This document shows, one piece after another, positions 33,615-42,544 of a stretch of 44,449 nucleotides of DNA. This DNA is from a virus (Duplodnaviria > Heunggongvirae > Uroviricota > Caudoviricetes): the IMG/VR virus record IMGVR_UViG_3300045993_000138. One strand, given 5' to 3'. The translations under genes were made by a program, and so were the position numbers. The notes under the pieces were generated by a model that saw only the letters and a list, made by a program, of their open reading frames with translations, searched no databases and was not told the DNA's origin. Position 1 is the stretch's first letter. Each line of letters opens with the position of its first letter.

Positions 33615-34576
33615 TGAAGACATTCAAGACATTCCTATCAGAAAACCAAGTCTTGTCTGAGTCTATCAGACAGGGTTTACCTCATATTCATTCGATGTCT
33701 CATGAGCAATTTGGAAACCTTGTAAAAGGTGGAAAAGTTCATGTTCATGATGTTACCGAAAAAACTGACGGAATGACTCACCAGTTTGGTCATGATGAAC
33801 ATGGATTTTATTCTCAAAGTTCTGGATCCGGGTCAGAGAAAATGAGAAAACCATCTGATTTTCATGACAGAGCAAAGAAGAGAGCAAAAGAGACTGGTAA
33901 GCCATATGATTCGACCGCTGCCGATGCCTTTGCTCACATTCATTCTACACTTCTCAATAATAAGGCATTACAGCATCATTTGAAGTCTGAATATCACAGA
34001 ACCGGCAAGGAAGTCAAAGTCAAAGGTGAGGCATTCTACAAGCCACTTTCAAGACCTTCTGAAGAACATAAAGATGAAATCAAGTTCGTAGGAACCTCGT
34101 ATCATCCACATCACATGGGAAGTGTCGGTAAGTACGTAATTCATTCCAAGCTTCCAGAAAACCAACATGTCGATATAGAACATCACAAGAAGCACCTATC
34201 TAATAGTGAGATGAATTTCGATGATGACAAGATCGAACACAAACAATCCCATGTCAGTGTCAAAGACGAGCATAGTAAATTCCAAAAACTGGATCATACC
34301 TTGTTGAGATCAAGAACGACAAAGACGAATAAAGAAGCGAAGATGAAAGAGGTAGCCAAGTTTGATCAAATCAAACATGCAGTATCTCATAAAGTTGACA
34401 GTCATATTGCATCCAAGAGCATCAAACCAAAGTGGGGTTCTGGAACTGAGGGTCTTGTAGTTCATCCTTCTGAAAAGAACGCAGATGCTCCAAGATTCAA
34501 GGTCACTTCACAAACGTTCAGAGACTATAAAGCCGATTCTTCAAACAAAGAAAAATTCAAGTCGAGAAGTAAGTAA
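33614..34576 (+). CDS. His-rich RNA/DNA-ligase-like nucleotidyltransferase with capsid-targeting-like N-terminus
   Basis: MKTFKTFLSE (ATG 33614, TAATG coupling, preferred over TTG 33593); motif I TEKTDG, III KGEAF, IV EGLVV, V RFKV. Confidence 0.7.
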   Translation: MKTFKTFLSENQVLSESIRQGLPHIHSMSHEQFGNLVKGGKVHVHDVTEKTDGMTHQFGHDEHGFYSQSSGSGSEKMRKPSDFHDRAKKRAKETGKPYDSTAADAFAHIHSTLLNNKALQHHLKSEYHRTGKEVKVKGEAFYKPLSRPSEEHKDEIKFVGTSYHPHHMGSVGKYVIHSKLPENQHVDIEHHKKHLSNSEMNFDDDKIEHKQSHVSVKDEHSKFQKLDHTLLRSRTTKTNKEAKMKEVAKFDQIKHAVSHKVDSHIASKSIKPKWGSGTEGLVVHPSEKNADAPRFKVTSQTFRDYKADSSNKEKFKSRSK

Positions 34577-36036
34577 TGTATACATTTAAGCAATTTCTAA
34601 AAGAAGGTGGCAATATAAAAATTGGCGCAGTAGGTGCCGATCCAATTCATGTCACTGAAAAATCAAGAGATGGCACTGCCGCTGAAATTCACAAAACACT
34701 AGGCGCGATACACGATTCTTTTCATAAAGAACACGGCGAACACCTTTTCGGAAAAGGTAAGAAGGCATTATTCTCAGGATCGGCGTTTGCCGGTTCAACC
34801 AAGCATTTGATGAATCAACACATTCCAGATGCAGAATATGCACACCACAAGCCAAATACTGGTGACATCGACGCTCAGATTCCAAAAGAACACAAAGAAG
34901 CACTTGCCAAGCACCTTACCACAGGTAAGAAGTTTGGTAATTATACTGTAGTCGGTACTAAGAAACATGGCAATGAAGTGTCGGCAGTAATGAGGCATAA
35001 TAATGGTGCCCATCACCAGTTCGATTTCGAAGCAGCAGATTACCACAAGGACGAGCCAACAAAAGGTGAACAGTTTGCTCACAGTTCTAGTTGGGAAGAT
35101 ACCAAGCATGGTATTAAGGGAATGCACCACAAGACACTCTTGAATGCGGCAGGTGGAAGTGTCCATAAATTCTCTATCACTCACGGACTTCGTTCAAGAA
35201 CCGATGAATCCAAGCCCGGCACAAATGATCCTGATGAAGTTTCACACACTCTATTCGGAAAAGATGCAAACCACAAGAAGGTACATTCTTTCGTTGGAGT
35301 CTCTGACCTAATCAAGAAGCATATAAATCCTAGCCGTCATCAAGAAATCTATGATAAATTCAAGGATGACATGGGAAAGAAGAAAGGTGATCACACCGCT
35401 GCCCTACAGCACTTGAAGAAAACATTGGGTACAAAAGACCTAATCAAAGAATCAGATGAAGTACATCATACATCAGTAGTTCCATTGACTGGATTTTCTC
35501 CTATTTCGCACATGGGTCATGCTCTAGATTTGGGTGGAGCAATGAAGAAACTTCCCGGTACAAAGCATATTGGAATATCATCCAAGTCTGACTTGTATTC
35601 ACCAAAAGAAAGATCAGATATACTCCATAAACAATGGGGACACAAGGATCTAAATACTCATGTAGTAAAGTCTGGTGGAGAGACGATTGCCGCAGCACAT
35701 GCATCTCTTCCAAAGACTGGTAAGAAAGTCCTACACCTATTAGTCGGAGCGGATAGACTGGATTTTGCCGAGAAGTTGAAGCACTCTCTTGCTGCCGGAA
35801 AAATCAAAGAAATGCACGGCAAGCATTTTGACGAGGTTCATGTTCATACTCCAGAAAATTCAGAGAGAAGTCACGGAATGTCTGGAACCAAGATGCGAAC
35901 AGCAGCTTCTGCTGGTGATCTAAATACTTTCCACAAACATTTGGGATCTGCCTTTACTAAGAAAGAAGCTCAACAGCATATGTCGAAAATTCAAACAGCA
36001 ATGAAATCTGGTAAACTATCGGTTAAAAGAAAATGA
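34576..36036 (+). CDS. Fusion of Pol-beta-type nucleotidyltransferase and HIGH-family cytidylyl/adenylyltransferase, His-rich, with capsid-targeting-like N-terminus
   Basis: MYTFKQFLKE start; AGS...GDID and QFDFE (Pol-beta triad); linker LIKE; FSPISHMGH, LVGADR, GMSGTKMR (HIGH/KMSKS-like). Confidence 0.72.
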   Translation: MYTFKQFLKEGGNIKIGAVGADPIHVTEKSRDGTAAEIHKTLGAIHDSFHKEHGEHLFGKGKKALFSGSAFAGSTKHLMNQHIPDAEYAHHKPNTGDIDAQIPKEHKEALAKHLTTGKKFGNYTVVGTKKHGNEVSAVMRHNNGAHHQFDFEAADYHKDEPTKGEQFAHSSSWEDTKHGIKGMHHKTLLNAAGGSVHKFSITHGLRSRTDESKPGTNDPDEVSHTLFGKDANHKKVHSFVGVSDLIKKHINPSRHQEIYDKFKDDMGKKKGDHTAALQHLKKTLGTKDLIKESDEVHHTSVVPLTGFSPISHMGHALDLGGAMKKLPGTKHIGISSKSDLYSPKERSDILHKQWGHKDLNTHVVKSGGETIAAAHASLPKTGKKVLHLLVGADRLDFAEKLKHSLAAGKIKEMHGKHFDEVHVHTPENSERSHGMSGTKMRTAASAGDLNTFHKHLGSAFTKKEAQQHMSKIQTAMKSGKLSVKRK

Positions 36037-37181
36037 ATCACTTTAAAGCAATATTCCTCGTTGGCGGACCAGGGAGTGGGAAGGACTTTCTCATTCACTC
36101 GACTCTAAACGAGCATAATCTGAAAGAAGTTTCTATGGAGAGAGTTTTCAATGCCATTGTTAAAGGAACAAACATTGAAGAATTGCATAGCTTTCCATCA
36201 GTCATTGTCAATGGAAATGCAGAGAATCTAGATAAGGTTCTCGTATCCAAGGCAGTCCTAGAATCTATGGGTTATGACACTGCAATGATCTATGTGTATA
36301 CCACCGATGAGGAATCAAAGAGTAGAAATGACAAGAGGATATCACGCGGTGCAAAAACATTTAATGAGAGTGTTCGTAAGCATAAATATCAATGTGCATT
36401 ATCAAACGTTCATCAATTCACTGAGATGTTTGATGCCTTTGCTATTTACGATAATTCCAATAACTTCTCAAACGTAAACGAACAGAAGAATAAAGAGATA
36501 GCAAGTTGGCTGTTAGAGTTGACAGAAACTGTCTCTGCATTTCTTTCAAAGATGCCTAAGAATGAAGCTGCACTAGCATGGATTGCAGAACGTGTGTTGG
36601 AAGTAGGCACGGACGAAACTGCCGCATTTGCCAAAGCAATAACACCAGGTCAAGGAACAAACAATGTTAGAACCTATCAAGAAGCTGATGAAGCAACTAA
36701 GCCACGCTGCAAAACGTGCAATGGGGCTTGTAAGTGTGGACAGAATCCAGCCACTGAGAGAACTGGAGGAACGAGTGTTGCAAACGCTTCAACTTCCGAG
36801 AGAACCTACGCAGCAGAAGGATTACATAGACACGTTAGAAATTCCATCAAAAAAGCCAAAGAAGAAGTCTGCGAAGAAAAAGTCGGCAGCAAAAAAGAAG
36901 GCACCAAAAAAGTCGCCAAAGTAACCAACACACCATCCAACTATGACAGAGCGGGTTCTGTTGCAGTTGGATCTATGGGTGTTTCTAGTGTAGCAGAAGC
37001 CGAAAAGATCAAAAAGAAGAAGCTTCTTCCGGGGTCTACCGAACTCAAGCCACTCTACAATACTGTAAATCTTGGTAACTCTGGTCTAGTCGGACCTTGG
37101 GGACAGACTGCCGAGGGAACTTCCTTTGATAAACTCAGAGAAAAGATCTCGACAAAAATAAGAACAGAAGAGATAGGATAA
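36033..37181 (+). CDS. P-loop kinase (Pnk/zeta-toxin/AAA_33-like) with processed-looking C-terminal tail
   Basis: AIFLVGGPGSGK, LESMGYDTAMIYVYT, S..RN..R..RG lid; C-terminal half low-complexity with CKTCNGACKC and several xxE sites. Confidence 0.7.
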   Translation: MNHFKAIFLVGGPGSGKDFLIHSTLNEHNLKEVSMERVFNAIVKGTNIEELHSFPSVIVNGNAENLDKVLVSKAVLESMGYDTAMIYVYTTDEESKSRNDKRISRGAKTFNESVRKHKYQCALSNVHQFTEMFDAFAIYDNSNNFSNVNEQKNKEIASWLLELTETVSAFLSKMPKNEAALAWIAERVLEVGTDETAAFAKAITPGQGTNNVRTYQEADEATKPRCKTCNGACKCGQNPATERTGGTSVANASTSERTYAAEGLHRHVRNSIKKAKEEVCEEKVGSKKEGTKKVAKVTNTPSNYDRAGSVAVGSMGVSSVAEAEKIKKKKLLPGSTELKPLYNTVNLGNSGLVGPWGQTAEGTSFDKLREKISTKIRTEEIG

Positions 37182-37185
37182 TACC

Positions 37186-37707
37186 ATGAATTACTTAAGC
37201 GCAAACAAGATCAACAAGAGCATGAAGGAAGCAGTAGAAACTGCTATGGCATTCACTCCAGACCCACGCGCACATTTGATTGAAAGACTAAAAGTTCTTC
37301 TTGCAAATGGCTATGTGTTCTATTATGATGCCCACTCGGCACACTGGAATATAGTTGGATCCAACTTCCCTCAGTATCATTCATTCTTTGAGAAGGTCTA
37401 TACTCAGGTTTATGAAGAACTTGATGACATTGCGGAACGCATTCGTATCATCAATGGTCTGGTTCCTCTTTACATCAAGGATCTTTTGAATCTTTCCACG
37501 ATTGAAGGAAATCTAGGTGGAACTGGTGCCGTAACACTCTTGAACAGACTAGAATTTGATAATAAGGTGTTTCTGTATAACCTTAAAGAATGTTTCGAAT
37601 TAGCAGAACATGCAGAAGAAGTCGGATTGTCGAATTTCCTACAGGATCGTATCGACGCACACAAAAAACTAGAATGGATGATCGAATCCACACTCAAAGG
37701 CGAATAA
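37186..37707 (+). CDS. dps: Dps/ferritin-like DNA protection protein
   Basis: HWNIVG..FPQYH.FFE..Y......LDDIAERIR ferroxidase signature; H.K..WM. Confidence 0.9.
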   Translation: MNYLSANKINKSMKEAVETAMAFTPDPRAHLIERLKVLLANGYVFYYDAHSAHWNIVGSNFPQYHSFFEKVYTQVYEELDDIAERIRIINGLVPLYIKDLLNLSTIEGNLGGTGAVTLLNRLEFDNKVFLYNLKECFELAEHAEEVGLSNFLQDRIDAHKKLEWMIESTLKGE

Positions 37708-37710
37708 GAA

Positions 37711-38940
37711 ATGAATATATTCTCAAAGACAAATAGATCAATTGCAGATGCAGCCGCAAAATGCATGGCAGAACATCCAGCAAAACTGAATGACTATAAG
37801 CCTACAGAACCACATGCGGATAACTCTATGGTAAACAGAGTGGTTGCAACCTGTGCAGATCCTCATTTTGGCAAGCCAAGTCACTTGAATGCTGCCACCA
37901 GTCACATCAAGGAAGATGTAGAATCTATTGATGAACTCAAGAAGTCCACACTCGCTTCATATGCAAAGGCAGCGGCGCGAGATGCAGTACACCACTTTGC
38001 GTCTTCTGCTAGACATTCAGAGAGGGGCAACGAAAAACTTTCTAATAAAGACGCTGATATCGCAGACAAGAGACTTCATGGTGTTCATGTGGCAGTTGAT
38101 AAACTTGCTAAGAAAGAAGTTCAGATTGATGAACTCAATAAGTCTACACTTGCTTCGTATATCAAGAAGGCATCAGATAGTGCCGTAGACAAGGCATCAG
38201 AAGGTGGCTGGAAGCACGCACTCCATCTTCATGTAGATGACGAGAAAGGCAAGGATGATGGAGAGAAGGAAGATCATAAGGCATTCATGCGTGTTCAGGG
38301 AATCAAGAAGGCTGCTGGAAAGCTTGCCAAGGAAGAAGTTCAGATTGATGAACTCAAGAAGTCCACACTTGTTTCATATCGTGATAAGGCTGGCAAAGAT
38401 TTAACAAATCATATGTCTGCTTTGAACACTGCGAAGAGTAAAGGAGAATGGGACAACCATATCAATAAGGCACAAAAAAGATATAAAGGTCTTGCTACAG
38501 CAGGAGATAAGCTTCTTGGAAATAAGAAGCCATATAGAGGCGATAGAGAAGAACTTGATGAAGTCAAGAAAAGTGTTTCTTGGAATCCACCAGAAGTTCA
38601 GGCGAAGTATGCCAAGGAAAAGAAAGAAGCAAAAATGTTTGCTTCTGCGAAGCGTGAAATCAATAGCCAGAAGAAGAAAGAACTCACCAAGGAAGATAAT
38701 CTAAGTGGTGGAAACACTAGTAATAATGATTACTCTGCAACTCTTCCAGCACCAGTGAAGACCAAGAAGACTAATAAGCTTGGTCAGGTTGCCGAATGGA
38801 TGAAGGATTCTGGATGGCACAAGCGCACTCCTGATACAATCACAGATAAGTCTGGTGCAAAACACACCAGAATGTCCGCTGCCCGTGATCTTGCTCGCAG
38901 AGCACTGAAGAAAAACAAAGAAAAGAAGGCGAAGGAATAA
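37711..38940 (+). CDS. Internal head/core repeat polyprotein
   Basis: Four modules of about 70 aa beginning (E)V(Q/E)IDEL(K/N)KSTL(A/V)SY or ELDEVKKS; Lys/Ala/His-rich. Confidence 0.65.
   Translation: MNIFSKTNRSIADAAAKCMAEHPAKLNDYKPTEPHADNSMVNRVVATCADPHFGKPSHLNAATSHIKEDVESIDELKKSTLASYAKAAARDAVHHFASSARHSERGNEKLSNKDADIADKRLHGVHVAVDKLAKKEVQIDELNKSTLASYIKKASDSAVDKASEGGWKHALHLHVDDEKGKDDGEKEDHKAFMRVQGIKKAAGKLAKEEVQIDELKKSTLVSYRDKAGKDLTNHMSALNTAKSKGEWDNHINKAQKRYKGLATAGDKLLGNKKPYRGDREELDEVKKSVSWNPPEVQAKYAKEKKEAKMFASAKREINSQKKKELTKEDNLSGGNTSNNDYSATLPAPVKTKKTNKLGQVAEWMKDSGWHKRTPDTITDKSGAKHTRMSAARDLARRALKKNKEKKAKE
37927..38370 (+). repeat. In-frame dispersed DNA repeat ATTGATGAACTCAA(G/T)AAGTC(C/T)ACACT, three copies
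   Basis: Copies at 37927, 38125 and 38344 (spacing 198 and 219 nt); a degenerate fourth copy near 38554. Confidence 0.85.
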
Positions 38941-38944
38941 TCAA

Positions 38945-41674
38945 ATGAGAACACCACTAAAAGGTCATCCATACCACAGCAAGTCAGACGCAGAACTTCA
39001 CTACATCATAAAAGATGCTGGTGAAGCAAGATACAATGCCCACGGAATGGGTGATCGTGCGGCACACTCAAAATATGCTGATCAGGTCAACGATGCCGTT
39101 ACTGTATTGCATTACAGAAGAAATGGTGGAAAGCAGTTGGAGCGTCCTGTAGCAGAAGCATGGGGTGCAAATCGTGGTGATGTATTCGGCAAGAGTCGCA
39201 GTAATTTCAAAAGATCTGAATTAAATCATGAATTGGGTCATGAAGATGGAACAACTCGCCCAAAGAAGAAGCCATATGATCCTCGTTCTTTGAGAGATAT
39301 CATCAATGGTGTGAAGAAACCAGTAAATGAAGTAGATCATATTCAAAATCAGATACATGGAATAGCTGAAGAAACTGTCCTTGAATATGACTCAGAAGGA
39401 TACAAAGGAACTCGCGAAGACGACGACATGTATAAGGGAAAGCCTCAGAAGGGAAAGCTTATTTCTGCCGATAAGATGAAAAAAGATACCGCAAAGATCT
39501 TGAACAAGCAATACGCGAAGACAGTGAAGGCTGTCGTTTCTCATAAAGGCGAGATCAAGCACACCATGACAGATCACAATGGCAATCCAGTAACCATCAA
39601 GAATGGTGTTGTTACTAGAGTGGCAGAAGAAAATCTTGATGAACTCTCAAAAGGTACTCTAAAGTCCTATATTGAAAAGACCAATGCAGAGAATACTCCA
39701 ACCAAGAAGATTGGCACAAGAATCTCTGGTCTTTGGAAAGCCAACAAGAAGCTCGCAAAGAAGATCAAGGTGAACGAAGATCATGATACATGGCGAAAAG
39801 AAATGGAAAAGAAAGGTGCTAAGGTTTTCAAAAGTGATGATCCAGAATCTCCAAAGACAACACGCGCACTAAAGGTTGTTGATGGCAAGCATGTTCGTGT
39901 TGGTTCCTATGATCATGAAAATAATGAAGCAATCAACGAATCAATCGAACCATACAAAAGACCAGAAGCAGTAAAACTGAATACTGACAGAGAACTTCAT
40001 GATGCAGTTCCAAAGGCTATATTCAGAGCATTGATCAAGCATCCTGTATTCAAAGCCAGCCATGTTCGCAATCGTTTTAATGGAAACACATCAACATATA
40101 GTCACACAAAGCACAGTGACAATTTTCACCAGATTGAAGTTCATACTCACCCATATCTAACCACATTCCATGTGAGTAAGGGATCTCGCGGACCTGGTAA
40201 AGTTTCTGCGTATCATCACATGATTGCGGCTAAGGAAAAGCGTGATGGTCATGACGTATTCCATACACTAAAGACACATGGATATGAACACGATGTAAAC
40301 CATATTGATGAAGGTTTCTCGTTCTTCAAGAAGAAGATCAAGGCACTTGCAAAGACAGAAATCAAGAGAGACGAACCAAAAGAATCAGATAAGGCTCCAC
40401 GTACTGGAGATTATGAATACAATCAGCATACTGGAAAGTATTATACCAGAGAAGGTGTGGAAGTGGAACTTGATGAAGTATCTGCTGCTGGTCATACTCC
40501 AAATAGCATTGGTATGCATGGTAAAGATCATGTTGTGATCACACACAATCATGGAACATCCTATTACAACATTCATTCTAAGGAACTATCAGAGGCTCAA
40601 GGTGTTGAAAGGCTAAAGAGAAAATTCCTACCATTCTACGGCAAGAAAGTTGCTGATTCCCGTGCAGCAGATCACGATTATGCTGCTAAAGAGATTCGTA
40701 TGGATCATGAATTTTCTAAGCCATCAGAGAGTGATCGAAAGAAGATAAGATCACATAATAAGGCAGCAAGCAAGTATGATGATATTGCTAGTGGAATTCA
40801 CGAAGCATCACGTTTCGGAAACAAGAGTGCAACTCTAATGCGTGGCAAGCTTTCCAAGGCAATGCAAGCAAGACTTGCAGCACGTTCTGGTGTGAAGCCA
40901 GCCGAGAAGACTACGATCTCCAAGACACAGGCAGGAAAGACTGTCAAGAAGCCAGAACTTTCTGATGCCGAAAAGAAGAGCAGATTGTCACACATCGCCA
41001 CTGCCGCCGAGAAGCACAAGCGTGGTGAGATCATGGCGGCAGCACAGGATAACCGTAAGTCATTCGGTGGAAGTCACATGGGTGATTTCGTAGGAATGAT
41101 GGGTGCTTCTATGGGAAGAGGCAGAACTTATGGAGAGTCTGTGGATAGTGTAAAAAAAGATGATAAGGCATGGGAAAAAGTTCATGCTAATTCTACAGGT
41201 CCAATAGATCGTCTAGGAACTCGTATTGTTGCAAGACTTATGCATGGTACTAAGATCGATAGAAAAACTGGAAAAGCATTACCAAGAACTAACGAAGATG
41301 TAGAACAGGTCGAAGAATCCAAAATTACAAAGCCAGAAGCAGAAGCCGCTCTAGAAAAGTCTGGTTCACGCGGAGTGGATTTCCATACCCTAAGATCAGA
41401 TCAGGTCCAGCGTCTTCATGACTTTGCGAAGGAACTAGGATATCGTAAGTCCAAGACTGCACCAGGATCTACTGCTCGTATGTTCCACCAGCATCTTCAC
41501 AAAATCGTGAAGGAAGAGACTGTGGAAGAAGAACTAAAGGTTGGCGAGAAGGATGAAGGCACCAAGTCCAGAATGAGAAGGAAGTATCTCGGAAACAAGC
41601 GTGGACGTACTGCAACTGGATCAAAGGCACATGCCGTTGATGTAGAACCAACACTGACAACCAGAAGCCAGTAA
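38945..41674 (+). CDS. Large modular internal head polyprotein
   Basis: 909 aa of basic His/Lys-rich modules separated by acidic (V/L/I)xE sites: PVAE, PVNE, VLE, NLDE, VNE, INE, IDE, ELDE, IHE, QVEE, TVEEE; shares DELSKGTLKSY with the previous ORF's repeat. Confidence 0.65.
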   Translation: MRTPLKGHPYHSKSDAELHYIIKDAGEARYNAHGMGDRAAHSKYADQVNDAVTVLHYRRNGGKQLERPVAEAWGANRGDVFGKSRSNFKRSELNHELGHEDGTTRPKKKPYDPRSLRDIINGVKKPVNEVDHIQNQIHGIAEETVLEYDSEGYKGTREDDDMYKGKPQKGKLISADKMKKDTAKILNKQYAKTVKAVVSHKGEIKHTMTDHNGNPVTIKNGVVTRVAEENLDELSKGTLKSYIEKTNAENTPTKKIGTRISGLWKANKKLAKKIKVNEDHDTWRKEMEKKGAKVFKSDDPESPKTTRALKVVDGKHVRVGSYDHENNEAINESIEPYKRPEAVKLNTDRELHDAVPKAIFRALIKHPVFKASHVRNRFNGNTSTYSHTKHSDNFHQIEVHTHPYLTTFHVSKGSRGPGKVSAYHHMIAAKEKRDGHDVFHTLKTHGYEHDVNHIDEGFSFFKKKIKALAKTEIKRDEPKESDKAPRTGDYEYNQHTGKYYTREGVEVELDEVSAAGHTPNSIGMHGKDHVVITHNHGTSYYNIHSKELSEAQGVERLKRKFLPFYGKKVADSRAADHDYAAKEIRMDHEFSKPSESDRKKIRSHNKAASKYDDIASGIHEASRFGNKSATLMRGKLSKAMQARLAARSGVKPAEKTTISKTQAGKTVKKPELSDAEKKSRLSHIATAAEKHKRGEIMAAAQDNRKSFGGSHMGDFVGMMGASMGRGRTYGESVDSVKKDDKAWEKVHANSTGPIDRLGTRIVARLMHGTKIDRKTGKALPRTNEDVEQVEESKITKPEAEAALEKSGSRGVDFHTLRSDQVQRLHDFAKELGYRKSKTAPGSTARMFHQHLHKIVKEETVEEELKVGEKDEGTKSRMRRKYLGNKRGRTATGSKAHAVDVEPTLTTRSQ

Positions 41675-41676
41675 GA

Positions 41677-42171
41677 ATGGGACCAGCTATATTATACGTA
41701 GATTTTGATGGTGTCATCGTAGATTTCCGTAGGGGTTTCAGAGATGTGACTGGTCACTATCCTGATGCCCCTCATTGGAATGGAAAAGATAAATATACGG
41801 CAGTCCATAAGGCAAAGGCATTTTGGGCTAATCTTCCTCCTACCAGAGACTTCGATCTGTTGTGGGGATTTCTGAAGAACTTCGATCCTAACATTCTGAC
41901 TGCCTATGCTGATTGGGATGAAAAGGATTCGAAGCATGAGAAGTGGCAGTGGAACCTAAAGTATACTAAGGTTCCTCCAAGTCACTTTCATTGTGTGGCA
42001 AGACAGAACAAGAAGCATTATGCCATAGGACCAGATGGAAAGCCAAACGTTCTTATCGATGACTGGAAACAGAATATTGATGAATGGAAAAATGCTGGAG
42101 GTTTAGGTATCCTACATACTGATGCACAAACCACAATTGGATGGCTAAAACACATGGGATTTCACAAATGA
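41677..42171 (+). CDS. HAD 5'(3')-deoxyribonucleotidase-like phosphatase
   Basis: YVDFDGVIVDF, FW.NLP, ILTA, K..W, LIDD..QNI.EW..AGG.GILH. Confidence 0.85.
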   Translation: MGPAILYVDFDGVIVDFRRGFRDVTGHYPDAPHWNGKDKYTAVHKAKAFWANLPPTRDFDLLWGFLKNFDPNILTAYADWDEKDSKHEKWQWNLKYTKVPPSHFHCVARQNKKHYAIGPDGKPNVLIDDWKQNIDEWKNAGGLGILHTDAQTTIGWLKHMGFHK

Positions 42172-42539
42172 GTGACGTAGAAGAAGTAAACCAAAAATTT
42201 GACAGTGTTCTCGCTGGAAAATTCAAGAATCCTGAGATCATTCTACAGACAGTTCAATCTATTCTTCTTGGATATGGTGTCAATCTTCCGAACATAGAAA
42301 CTGACGGTATCGATGATGAATTCGTATTCAACGTAGAATCCATAGACGGCAATGATGCGATGTACCTTTATATTGCAGTAGATCAGGACGACACCGGAAT
42401 GTTCGAAGGATATGCTCAGATCATAGATGGTGAAGATCTAGAAGACCTTGAAGAAATGGACGACGACATTGAAGACGAAGATGATGACAAAGATGACGAG
42501 AGTTATTTGAGGCAAACAAGACGATCTTCAGATAGCTAA
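42168..42539 (+). CDS. Highly acidic hypothetical protein
   Basis: ATGA overlap at 42168 (preferred over 42141); Asp/Glu-rich C-terminus. Confidence 0.6.
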   Translation: MSDVEEVNQKFDSVLAGKFKNPEIILQTVQSILLGYGVNLPNIETDGIDDEFVFNVESIDGNDAMYLYIAVDQDDTGMFEGYAQIIDGEDLEDLEEMDDDIEDEDDDKDDESYLRQTRRSSDS

Positions 42540-42544
42540 ATCAT

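Noticed and set aside
37711-38940. CRISPR array or VNTR interpretation of the repeats
   Set aside because: Repeats are in frame, about 200 nt apart and protein-coding; no spacer/repeat architecture and no cas genes.
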